Assembly: GCA_030832185.1 (NCBI GenBank)
Contig: JAURJQ010000010.1
Location: 10,896 to 74,895, forward strand
Reading direction: 5' to 3'
Length of the DNA: 64,000 bases
From: Chitinophagales bacterium
GTDB taxonomy: Bacteria; Bacteroidota; Bacteroidia; Chitinophagales; JADJOU01
The first letter of the stretch is position 1, and the number at the start of each line of letters is the position of its first letter. Both the position numbers and the translations under genes were made by a program. The notes beneath the pieces are model-generated. The model made no database searches. It was not told where the DNA came from and worked only from the letters and a program-made list of their open reading frames with translations. Shown in pieces: positions 40,575-48,947 of the stretch.

Positions 40575-41400
40575 GTGGTAGTATATTGTTTTTAGAAATA
40601 TGGTATAAGTTAAAAGATTGATTTTTTAAAAAACCTAAAAGGGTAATGTCAAATTCCTCGGCAAGTTCTACTGCTAGAGAAGATGGTGCCCCTATAGCGC
40701 AGACGACCTGTATCTTGGCCATGATAGCTTTCTGAATCAGTTCGAAACTAGCCCGCCCACTGAGCAGAAGAATATGCTGTGAGAAATCAAGCGGGTCTTC
40801 TATGAAATGGTGACCAATCAATTTATCTAAGGCATTATGACGGCCAACGTCTTCGTAGATAGAAATTAATTTCCCATCGAAATCAAATAATGCAGAGGCA
40901 TGAATGCCTCCTGTCTGGCTGAAATTCGATTGATAAGCGTTTATTTTTTCTATCAATGAAGTGAGTATCTCGGCAGATAACTTTCTTGGCTCCTTTTGGG
41001 ATGGAATAAAGTCTGAAGCTATTGTACGAATAGCATCGATAGATGATTTGCCACATACCCCGCAGCTGCTCGTAGTATAAAAATTTCGTTTGAGTTTCTC
41101 TAGTTCCACTCTAGTCTCTTCTTTGAGAAAAACGGTGATATAATTTTCTCCCATCGTTAAAACCTTTTCCACCTGAGCTGCATTGGTCAAGATACCTTCT
41201 GTAAATAAAAATCCAAGAGCTAACTCCCTGTCAAAACCAGGTGTGCGCATAGTGATCGAAACAGACTGTCTTTTCTTTTCGCCATTTTCAAAATATTGCA
41301 AGCTAATTTCTAAAGGTTCTTCTACAGCCAAGACATCATCCTTTGTATGGAATTGACCATGGTCGTATTTAGTGATTGAAATATTATGGATAGAAGGCAT
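40564..41400 (-). CDS. fdhD: Formate dehydrogenase accessory sulfurtransferase FdhD
   Basis: 278 aa with motifs TSSCGVCGK, QTGGIHASALF and EDVGRHNALDKLIG. Confidence 0.9.
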   Translation of the reverse strand: MPSIHNISITKYDHGQFHTKDDVLAVEEPLEISLQYFENGEKKRQSVSITMRTPGFDRELALGFLFTEGILTNAAQVEKVLTMGENYITVFLKEETRVELEKLKRNFYTTSSCGVCGKSSIDAIRTIASDFIPSQKEPRKLSAEILTSLIEKINAYQSNFSQTGGIHASALFDFDGKLISIYEDVGRHNALDKLIGHHFIEDPLDFSQHILLLSGRASFELIQKAIMAKIQVVCAIGAPSSLAVELAEEFDITLLGFLKNQSFNLYHISKNNILPHEN

Positions 41401-41423
41401 AAATCAAATATCGGGAATTTACA

Positions 41424-41954
41424 TCATATTTTATCACTAAACTTATTGATACTTTTTATGGACTCTAAATTTTCAGGCAGTACTTTATGAATATCAGCTC
41501 GATGAAGTAGTTTTTGCATGGAGGTGTTCCCTAGTTCATATTCAGTAAGAAGAAGAGGCTTAAACTCTTTTCGATAGCAGGCGATAAAGGGTTCAAAAAA
41601 TTCAGTCTCTGGATGGTAGTATACCGCTGCTAACTTAGAATGTGGAGCGAGTAATTTCTCGATGTCTTTTGCTGTGATTTCTGGATAATCTATTGCCAAT
41701 ACTAGCCAATCCGTCTCTTGATAATCGAATGCTGTCAGGAGACCAGCTATTGGACCCATATTTTCGTATTTTGCGTTATCAAAAAGAGTGGGTAGGGGAT
41801 ATTTATTTTCTTTAGAAGATATGAATACCTCATCGCAAAATCTAAGCAATAAATCATATACATAAGCATACTGTGGTATACCATGATAGTCGATCAAGGC
41901 CTTATCACTTCCCATTCTGCTGGATTGTCCTCCAGATAGAACTAGTCCGTTCAT
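41424..41954 (-). CDS. mobA: Molybdenum cofactor guanylyltransferase MobA
   Basis: N-terminal GLVLSGGQSSRMGSDKALI and the internal motif LVLAIDYP. Confidence 0.88.
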   Translation of the reverse strand: MNGLVLSGGQSSRMGSDKALIDYHGIPQYAYVYDLLLRFCDEVFISSKENKYPLPTLFDNAKYENMGPIAGLLTAFDYQETDWLVLAIDYPEITAKDIEKLLAPHSKLAAVYYHPETEFFEPFIACYRKEFKPLLLTEYELGNTSMQKLLHRADIHKVLPENLESIKSINKFSDKI

Positions 41955-42475
41955 TCGGCTAAAAATTTATCTATAAATGAATTCAACGAAAGCACAGCCG
42001 CATCCTCTAATTTGTATTTTTCAATAGCGGCATTGAGTATGGTATTTCGAATAACCATGATGAGCAACTTTGAAGAATTCATCTCCTTAAATTTTTGGAT
42101 AAAGGATGAAAGTTCAGGTTCAAATCCATAATTATTCATCTCTAGAGGTCCTATCTCATCTATAATAATAAGTTGTGCCCTGGTATTGTGAAGATTTTGT
42201 AATTTATTTTTTACGGCATTGAATGTCGATTGACTTAGCTTGAATCGTCCAATTTGGAGCACATCTTCCTTTGCATTATCCTCTAGCTGAAATGGGAGTT
42301 CTTCGTCTGTATCTAGAAAAATGAGCTTTCTAGATTCATCTATATCGGGTGTGATAAATCCATCAAAACTCGTGATGCCCATCTCCCAAAACTCCATGAG
42401 AGCAGTGGTTTTCCCTGTCTGGATAGGGGCAGATAATATGAATATATTAGATGTCATCGTCTGAATGGAATACAT
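41951..42475 (-). CDS. P-loop NTPase, THEP1/NTPase-1-like
   Basis: Walker A SAPIQTGKTT and Walker B LIIIDEIGPLE, with the GF-x-T-x-(E/D) pattern after the P-loop as in THEP1-type NTPases. ATGA overlap with mobA. Start is either ATG 42475 or ATG 42457. Confidence 0.7.
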   Translation of the reverse strand: MYSIQTMTSNIFILSAPIQTGKTTALMEFWEMGITSFDGFITPDIDESRKLIFLDTDEELPFQLEDNAKEDVLQIGRFKLSQSTFNAVKNKLQNLHNTRAQLIIIDEIGPLEMNNYGFEPELSSFIQKFKEMNSSKLLIMVIRNTILNAAIEKYKLEDAAVLSLNSFIDKFLAE

Positions 42476-43418
42476 TTAAGAAAACGATAAAAAAGATAAA
42501 TTGTTTGACTTTGGCTAGCCCTTTTTTATCACGAACTAGGTCTATACTATAGAAAAAGTTTTGTTTGATTCTGGGCATAAAGCTAAGTGCGCGGGCTACG
42601 GAGGTAGATTCTGCTTTAGAAAAATATTTTAACCCTAGTCGTAGGATTAAGGGTAAAATAAATCCAAGGAGAAGAAACCATACAATGGCTTTAAGAGCAT
42701 AGAGCGACCACGATATCTGGTGAGAAGAAAAATAAAAAAAGACAAAGAAGAAAATGGAAGAAATTAGGAGGATAGGAAGAATTGATTTTCTATAACTTCT
42801 TGCTGGGCGTTCTTCCAATTTTTCTATTGACATTAATGCTTTCTTATCTAAGGTATAGGACTCAATACTTTGTAAAAAATAATAAGACCATCGTGCGATA
42901 ACGACACCCCAAGCAGCATAAAGGGCGAAATAAAGAAAGGTTATAGAACTAAGAAAATTCTTGGTTTGAGCTAAATTTTTAAAAAATTTGTTGACGACTA
43001 GCTCTATACCTTGTAGGAGTTCATCTCCAAAAATTAGATAGGCCATAAGAGGTTTTTGTATAGCATTTTCTAGCATAACTAGGATAGCATAGAAGAGAAT
43101 AGATACTCTATTGACTCCTGCCAATTTGAAAATGAAAATAGCTAATAGACCTTGAAAAGACACAGCAACATATGCTCCTAGAGGACTTTGTGGGCTGAGG
43201 GCAAATTTGCAAAGCAAAACTAATCCCAAACTATTCAGCATGATTCGAGCGTTAATTTTTGAATAGGCTGCTATAAAAACATTGATAATAATAGAAATGC
43301 CCCCTACGATAAATCCTGTCATAGGAATATGAAGTAAATGCATAAATCCTCCCAATCCCCCTTCGGCGAAGGCCCAAAGCATAGTGAGTCTGTAGATAGT
43401 GTTATTTTCCTGAGTCAT
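42447..43418 (-). CDS. Polytopic membrane protein of unknown function (323 aa, ~8 TM)
   Basis: Hydrophobic throughout, with N-terminal MLWAFAEGGLGGFMHLLHIPMTGFIVGG. No transporter signature recognised. Overlaps the NTPase gene. Confidence 0.6.
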   Translation of the reverse strand: MTQENNTIYRLTMLWAFAEGGLGGFMHLLHIPMTGFIVGGISIIINVFIAAYSKINARIMLNSLGLVLLCKFALSPQSPLGAYVAVSFQGLLAIFIFKLAGVNRVSILFYAILVMLENAIQKPLMAYLIFGDELLQGIELVVNKFFKNLAQTKNFLSSITFLYFALYAAWGVVIARWSYYFLQSIESYTLDKKALMSIEKLEERPARSYRKSILPILLISSIFFFVFFYFSSHQISWSLYALKAIVWFLLLGFILPLILRLGLKYFSKAESTSVARALSFMPRIKQNFFYSIDLVRDKKGLAKVKQFIFFIVFLNVFHSDDDI

Positions 43419-43504
43419 TATCTAGTGGGAATATAGCAATAGAATAGTCATTAGAGCCTTAGGTATTTTCACCTATACTATTATTAAATTAGCAAATTGA
43501 CAAA

Positions 43505-43894
43505 TCAACCTTTGACATCCTTCGTCTCATCTACGTATTTACTGGGACATTTCATGAGAATAGTACTAGCATGAAAATGATTTTTATCATAATTTCCAGC
43601 TACGACTATTTTTTCTGTTTGATCAAAACCGTCAGGCTTAGTACCTTTATAGATTACTTTTGATTCTATCCCTTTTTCATCTACCATATAAAATTCAAAA
43701 ATATTGGCATCCTTTATCGGGTCATAGATTTGTGGTTTGGATTTATTGAGTCTACCTACGATATGATATTCAGAATTTTCATTTTCCATAGCCGTGCTGA
43801 AATCTGCGTAGGTCGAGTATTCATTACTCTTGGTAAATATGAAACCTATTGCTACAGCTATGATGATTAGGGCGATAATGTGTATTTTTTTCAT
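43505..43894 (-). CDS. CcmE-like cytochrome c maturation (haem chaperone) domain protein
   Basis: N-terminal TM anchor, OB-fold-sized body, and C-terminal HFHASTILMKCPSKY characteristic of Bacteroidota CcmE-like proteins. Confidence 0.65.
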   Translation of the reverse strand: MKKIHIIALIIIAVAIGFIFTKSNEYSTYADFSTAMENENSEYHIVGRLNKSKPQIYDPIKDANIFEFYMVDEKGIESKVIYKGTKPDGFDQTEKIVVAGNYDKNHFHASTILMKCPSKYVDETKDVKG

Positions 43895-44421
43895 TATTTT
43901 TTAAGTTTATCTTTTTTGAATCCTATTCTCACTCGTTCTTCGTCTATTTTCGGAGTTTGGACGAGTTGTTTTAAAGCCTTAAAGATAGCTTGAATTTCTT
44001 GACTATGTTTCGAGCCTTGTTTTTCTAGAGATTCTAGTTTTAGTAAAATGTCACTATGCATCAATGCCATTTCTTTCATCTTAGTAAATATTCGGATGAT
44101 TTGAATATTCATTTGAATGGCACGCTCGCTATTCAGCACACTTGATAGCATGGCAACTCCTTGTTCTGTAAAAGCAAATGGCAAATATCTCAATCCCATT
44201 TTTTCGGAATTGGAGGTCGCAAATTGCGACCTCCAATTCTCAAATTCTTCTTTAGTCAATTCAAACATAAAATCTTCAGGAAAACGTCCTATGTTTCTTT
44301 TAACCTGTTCTTTAAGTCTTTTAGTTTCAACTTGATAAAGTTCTGACAAGTCTCGGTCGAGCATCACTTTTTGACCTCGAATCAAGTAGATTTTATTTAT
44401 AATAACTTCATTTGGTTTCAT
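43894..44421 (-). CDS. ORF6N (KilA-N-like DNA-binding) domain protein with C-terminal coiled coil
   Basis: Motifs IRGQKVMLDRDLSELYQV, RFPEDFMFELTKEEFENWRSQFATS and RYLPFAFTEQGVAMLSSVLNSERAIQMNIQIIRIF. Its stop shares one nucleotide with the ccmE-like ATG (TAATG). Confidence 0.8.
   Translation of the reverse strand: MKPNEVIINKIYLIRGQKVMLDRDLSELYQVETKRLKEQVKRNIGRFPEDFMFELTKEEFENWRSQFATSNSEKMGLRYLPFAFTEQGVAMLSSVLNSERAIQMNIQIIRIFTKMKEMALMHSDILLKLESLEKQGSKHSQEIQAIFKALKQLVQTPKIDEERVRIGFKKDKLKK
44207..44239. repeat. Perfect 33-nt palindrome inside the ORF6N CDS
   Basis: GAATTGGAGGTCGCAA-A-TTGCGACCTCCAATTC has 16-bp perfect arms around a single central base. It encodes ENWRSQFATSNS on the minus strand. 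Confidence 0.95.
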
Positions 44422-44438
44422 AAACTAGTGTTATTTTA

Positions 44439-44473
44439 AAAATTGGAGGTCGCAATTTGCGACTTCCAATTTT
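44439..44473 (-). terminator. Second copy of the palindrome; positioned as the pruA intrinsic terminator and/or the ORF6N operator
   Basis: AAAATTGGAGGTCGCAA-T-TTGCGACTTCCAATTTT has 17-bp arms with one G.T pair. It lies 25 nt after the pruA stop and 17 nt before the ORF6N ATG. On the minus strand the hairpin is followed by TTTTTAAAAT. Confidence 0.6.
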
Positions 44474-44498
44474 CCTTTGCACTTTTGGGGCACGTAAT

Positions 44499-46127
44499 TT
44501 AGTTTTCCAAAAACGGATATTTATAATCATGCGGCGGATTAAACGTCTCTTTAATCGTTCGGACAGATACCCAGCGGAGGAGATTGAGTTTGGAACCTGC
44601 TTTATCATTGGTACCGCTAGCTCTAGCGCCACCGAATGGTTGCTGACCTACTACAGCTCCTGTCGGTTTGTCATTGATGTAAAAGTTTCCAGCAGAATTT
44701 TTAAGTGCTTCCGTCATTTCTTCTATAGCATATCTGCATTGTGAAAATATAGCTCCCGTTAAAGCATAAGGCGATGTGGCATCCGCTATTTTTAAAGTTT
44801 CTCTCCACTTTTCATCTTCGTATACATAGATCGTCAATACAGGCCCGAATATTTCTTCACACATAGAAGCGTATTGAGGTTTCTTAGCGAGGATGATAGT
44901 AGGCTCTATGAAATAACCTTTCGATTTGTCATAACCACCGCCTAGAATGACTTCAGCATCATTTGATTTTTTAGCCGCTTCTATATAATTGATAATATTA
45001 TCAAATGAGGCTTCATCTATAACCGCATTGACAAAATTGGATGGGTCTTCAACAGTTCCCATTTTAATTTCTTTCAAATCTCTGGTGAGATTAGCTTTTA
45101 CTGTATCCCATAATGAAGCAGGGCAATAGGCTCTCGAAGCAGCACTACATTTTTGGCCTTGGTACTCAAAAGCACCTCTAGTCAAAGCTGTAGAAAATGC
45201 ATGTACATCCGCTTCAGGGTGTGCGAAAACGAAATCTTTTCCTCCCGTTTCTCCTACTACTCGTGGGTATGTTTTATAGGTTTGAATATTGTCTCCTATA
45301 GCTTTCCACATTCCTTGGAATACTCTAGTAGATCCGGTGAAATGAACGCCTGCGAAATCAGGATGTTTAAAACAAACCTCCCCGACGTCTTTTCCACCTG
45401 AAAAAACTAAATTGATGACACCATCTGGCATACCTGCTTCCATAAAAAGCTTCATAAGAAAATGAGCAGAATAAATCTGTGTATTGGCACATTTCCAAAC
45501 TACAGTATTTCCCATCATAGCTGCACTCGTGGGTAAATTGCCTGCAATGGCCGTAAAGTTAAATGGAGTAACCGCCAACACAAATCCTTCGAGGGGTCTA
45601 TATTCAAGTCTATTCCACATGCCATCTGGGCTGTAGGGTTGCTCTCCATATATTTCAGCAGCGAATTCTACATTGAAATGCAAGAAATCGATCAACTCAC
45701 AAGCGGCATCTATTTCCGCTTGAAATACATTTTTACTCTGAGCTAGCATGGTGGCAGCCAATACAGTGTTTCTGTATTTAGTTCTGAGTAGATCTCCCGC
45801 TTTCATAAATATTGCCAAACGCTGTTCCCATAGCAAAGCGGCCCATTTCTCCTTGGCGGTTAATGCGGCATCAATCGCATCCTGCACATGCTGCGCAGTG
45901 CCTTTAGAAGCATGGCCTAGTATATGACTATGCTCATGCGGGGGTGTTAATTTTATTTTCTCTGACGTGGTGACTTCTTTGCCACCTATAACCATTGGGA
46001 TGTCTATGGTTTGACTTTTAAGTCGCTGAACTTCTGCGAGCAAAGCTGATCTCTCAGGGCTATTTTTTCCGTATGACCTCACTGGGTCGTTTTTAGCTAT
46101 AGGTACTTTGTAAAATCCTAGGGACAT
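44499..46127 (-). CDS. pruA: L-glutamate gamma-semialdehyde (1-pyrroline-5-carboxylate) dehydrogenase
   Basis: 542 aa of the aldehyde dehydrogenase superfamily, with catalytic Glu in VVGETGGKDF and Cys in EYQGQKCSAASR. Confidence 0.95.
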   Translation of the reverse strand: MSLGFYKVPIAKNDPVRSYGKNSPERSALLAEVQRLKSQTIDIPMVIGGKEVTTSEKIKLTPPHEHSHILGHASKGTAQHVQDAIDAALTAKEKWAALLWEQRLAIFMKAGDLLRTKYRNTVLAATMLAQSKNVFQAEIDAACELIDFLHFNVEFAAEIYGEQPYSPDGMWNRLEYRPLEGFVLAVTPFNFTAIAGNLPTSAAMMGNTVVWKCANTQIYSAHFLMKLFMEAGMPDGVINLVFSGGKDVGEVCFKHPDFAGVHFTGSTRVFQGMWKAIGDNIQTYKTYPRVVGETGGKDFVFAHPEADVHAFSTALTRGAFEYQGQKCSAASRAYCPASLWDTVKANLTRDLKEIKMGTVEDPSNFVNAVIDEASFDNIINYIEAAKKSNDAEVILGGGYDKSKGYFIEPTIILAKKPQYASMCEEIFGPVLTIYVYEDEKWRETLKIADATSPYALTGAIFSQCRYAIEEMTEALKNSAGNFYINDKPTGAVVGQQPFGGARASGTNDKAGSKLNLLRWVSVRTIKETFNPPHDYKYPFLEN

Positions 46128-46145
46128 GAATATATTTTTAGTCTA

Positions 46146-46153
46146 CAAAATTA
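46146..46153 (-). promoter_or_regulatory. Candidate -7 box (TAATTTTG on minus strand) for pruA
   Basis: TAnnTTTG, 18 nt upstream of the pruA ATG at 46127. Confidence 0.45.
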
Positions 46154-46602
46154 AGAATTAATCTGCAATCGGAGTCTTAATACCGTTTAATATTTAGTAA
46201 AATTAGTCAAAAAAAACGCCCAAAACTTTTTCTATCATTCTCTTACACCTGACGCAGGTCAATCTATTTATATTAAATATATAGAGATTAAGTTTGAGAT
46301 AGTTTGTTTATAAGTTTCATATTATAATAGGTGGCAAAATACTACCTGTGACCTTGGGTGAAAAACAGTTCCAACAGCAAGGAAGGACAAAGTTAACTAT
46401 TAAAATTAGTAGTCAAAGCAGCTATATAATCCTCCTAAAATATTATTAATATGATGCTTAATATCTATCTGCTTTAAGCTAGTACATATCTTTAAATGAA
46501 TTTAAGTCTCGGATACCCGCCAGAATACCTAAGACTACTAAATACAGTTAAATTTATGTTTATTCGGCCTTGAAAAATAAATGATAACTATTTCATAAGC
46601 AA

Positions 46603-46917
46603 TTAATTGCGGGTAAGAATATAGGCATTATAGGTAACTATTTTGGGCTGATAGTCTGACTTTTTAATCATCAGGCAGCGCCTTCCGCTGATAACACAAT
46701 ATAGACTAAAAACTCCTATAACCATTACAAATTGACCTAAATGAGATGGAAGGAGGGTCACAATACTTGAAAAAAGAATCTCTAATACCATGCTGTGATT
46801 AAATTGGATTCTCGCTAGGATATGAATTCGACCTTCCTTGATTGAAGCTGCAGATATAAAACCTGCTAAAAAGCCAATTCCGCTAGATGCAGCGTGAAAA
46901 TAAATGAGAATAAGATC
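46603..46917 (-). pseudogene. Start-less membrane-protein ORF, possibly a 5'-truncated gene remnant
   Basis: The frame of tracked ORF 46603-46791 stays open 42 codons further upstream (DLILIYFHAASSGIGFLAGFISAASIKEGRIHILARIQFNHS-MVLEILF...) until a TGA at 46918-46920. That extension contains no ATG/GTG/TTG. The hydrophobic character continues across the tracked Met. Confidence 0.3.
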
Positions 46918-47001
46918 TCAATCCATGACTAATTTCAATTGATAAATTTAATGCATAAAATAGGACTTGAAAAAATAAATAGTTCATTCGACGAATTACT
47001 G

Positions 47002-47009
47002 TAAATTTG
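47002..47009 (+). promoter_or_regulatory. Candidate -7 box TAAATTTG for mreB
   Basis: TAnnTTTG, 35 nt upstream of the ATG at 47045. Confidence 0.45.
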
Positions 47010-47044
47010 TGCTTTTATAAAAAGTTAGACTCAGTTAAGTTTCA

Positions 47045-48073
47045 ATGAGATTATTTAGTTTCCTTACACAAGAGATTGCCATAGATTTAGGTACCGCGAA
47101 CACTATTATCATGCACAATGATAAAGTGGTAGTAGATCAACCTTCAATGGTCGCCATAGACAAGATTACCGATAAAGTGATAGCGATAGGTGAAAAGGCT
47201 AGACAGATGCAGGGGAAAGAGCATAGAAATCTAGAGGTGGTAAAGCCTCTGAAAGATGGAGTTATCGCTAATTTCCACGCCGCTGAAAATATGATTAGAG
47301 GTATGATTGGCCTTATCTCCAAAAGTAATTTTCTTCAACTTCCCCCTAATTATAAAATGGTTATTTGTATTCCTTCAGGTATTACTGAAGTGGAGCTAAG
47401 AGCTGTGAAAGAGAGTGCCGAACGAGCAGGTGGTAAGGAAGTAAAACTTATATACGAACCCATGGCAGCTGCCATAGGTATCGGGATAGATGTGAAAGAG
47501 GCAGAAGGCAATATGATAGTAGATATAGGAGGTGGCACAACAGAAATTGCTGTTATAGCCTTGTCTGGAATAGTTTGTGATCAGTCCATTCGCCTGGCAG
47601 GTGATCAGCTAACTAAGGATATTATGGATTATATGAAAACTCAGCACAATCTAAATATTGGAGAACCTACAGCTGAAGCCGTCAAGAAAAATGTAGGTTC
47701 GGCTTTAACCCACCTAGATAACCCGCCACCAGAATACCCAGTGCAAGGAAGAGATAATGTTATGGGCATTCCAAAGCAGATCATCATATCTTATCATGAG
47801 ATAGCGGATGCCTTGGATAAATCTATTCAAAAAATAGAAGAGTCCATACTTAAAGCGTTGGAGACTACTCCACCTGAATTAGCAGCAGATATATTCCGTA
47901 CAGGTATTTATCTGACTGGAGGGGGTGCATTGCTCCGAGGACTGGATAAGCGTCTGAGTGAGAAAACGAAGTTAAAAGTACATGTAGCCGACGACCCATT
48001 GTTAGCTGTTGCTAGAGGTACTAATATTGCTCTAAAGAATATGGAAAATTTTGCAGCAGTGCTCAAGAGCTAA
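47045..48073 (+). CDS. mreB: Rod shape-determining protein MreB
   Basis: 342-aa actin-fold protein with IAIDLGTANT, MIVDIGGGTTEIAVI and GIYLTGGGALLRGLD. Confidence 0.97.
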   Translation: MRLFSFLTQEIAIDLGTANTIIMHNDKVVVDQPSMVAIDKITDKVIAIGEKARQMQGKEHRNLEVVKPLKDGVIANFHAAENMIRGMIGLISKSNFLQLPPNYKMVICIPSGITEVELRAVKESAERAGGKEVKLIYEPMAAAIGIGIDVKEAEGNMIVDIGGGTTEIAVIALSGIVCDQSIRLAGDQLTKDIMDYMKTQHNLNIGEPTAEAVKKNVGSALTHLDNPPPEYPVQGRDNVMGIPKQIIISYHEIADALDKSIQKIEESILKALETTPPELAADIFRTGIYLTGGGALLRGLDKRLSEKTKLKVHVADDPLLAVARGTNIALKNMENFAAVLKS

Positions 48074-48089
48074 ATCAGTCTAAGGTTCT

Positions 48090-48947
48090 ATGGGGAATGT
48101 AATAGTCATCTTTCAGAGAGTATTTCCATTTTTAGTTTTTATTTTATTGCAGCTCGCTGCATTTTATATTATTTCTCGATATAATGATTATCATCATTCA
48201 AAAATGATTAGTCGATCTAATTATTTGGCAGCTAATATCAACGAGAAAGTAGCTAATTTGACTAGCTTTATCAATATGCCATTGCAGAATGAAGCCTTAG
48301 CTATGGAGAATGCTAAACTTAGGCAAGAATTATACATGACAAGCGCTCGGTTGAATGCCAAAATAGATGATTCTATTCTAGGCTTATATCCTTTTCAGCT
48401 CCCTAATTCTGCTAGGGTAGTTCATGGTAAGATAGTGAGTAATACCGTATCCCAATTGAGAAATTTTTTAATAGTAAATAAGGGAAGTAAGGATGGAATA
48501 AAGAAAGATATGTCAGTAATTAGTGGCAAAGGCCCTGTAGGGGTAGTTATTGATGTATCTGAAAATTTCTGCAGTATCATGTCTATTCTCAATAAAGATA
48601 ATAATGTAAGTGTTAGAAATAAATCTACACTTAATATTGGTCAATTGAGGTGGAAGGGAGGAGATATCATGGTTGCTGAGCTGGAGGAAATCCCCAAGCA
48701 TATCAAACTAAAGAAAGGAGAAATTATTGAAACGAGTGGATACTCTAGTTATTACCCAGCCGGGCTGCCAGTAGGTGTAGTAGAAGAATATTCAGAAGAT
48801 AGTAAAAGTAATTTTGCGAATATAAAGGTTAGATTATATAATGATTTCACTAATTTGAGGTATGTATACTTAATAGAAAATATAGAAAGACCAGAAATTA
48901 GGAAGCTGGAAGATACTATTGCTAAGTTTCAAAAAAATAGCAACTGA
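48090..48947 (+). CDS. mreC: Rod shape-determining protein MreC
   Basis: N-terminal TM and coiled coil (ENAKLRQEL), then a beta-rich domain containing GPVGVVIDVSENFCSIMSILN...YPAGLPVGVV. Confidence 0.88.
   Translation: MGNVIVIFQRVFPFLVFILLQLAAFYIISRYNDYHHSKMISRSNYLAANINEKVANLTSFINMPLQNEALAMENAKLRQELYMTSARLNAKIDDSILGLYPFQLPNSARVVHGKIVSNTVSQLRNFLIVNKGSKDGIKKDMSVISGKGPVGVVIDVSENFCSIMSILNKDNNVSVRNKSTLNIGQLRWKGGDIMVAELEEIPKHIKLKKGEIIETSGYSSYYPAGLPVGVVEEYSEDSKSNFANIKVRLYNDFTNLRYVYLIENIERPEIRKLEDTIAKFQKNSN

Noticed and set aside
43419-43504. Possible Moco riboswitch upstream of the membrane-NTPase-mobA-fdhD operon
   Set aside because: At 86 nt the spacer is too short for the Moco RNA motif, and it has no GC-rich paired elements.
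44117-44744. Tracked ORFs 44117-44335(+), 44161-44346(+), 44408-44632(-) and 44457-44744(+) around the palindromes
   Set aside because: These are alternative-frame or antisense readings of ORF6N, pruA and the spacer. Their shared RKLRPPI peptides are simply the palindrome read in another frame. They were useful for spotting the repeat but are not genes.
46340-46400. Possible SRP (4.5S) RNA-like motif, CAACAGCAAGGAAGGACAAAG
   Set aside because: The conserved GGAAGCAGCC / AGGUCCGGAAGGAAGCA core and the flanking helix-forming arms are absent. The resemblance is superficial.
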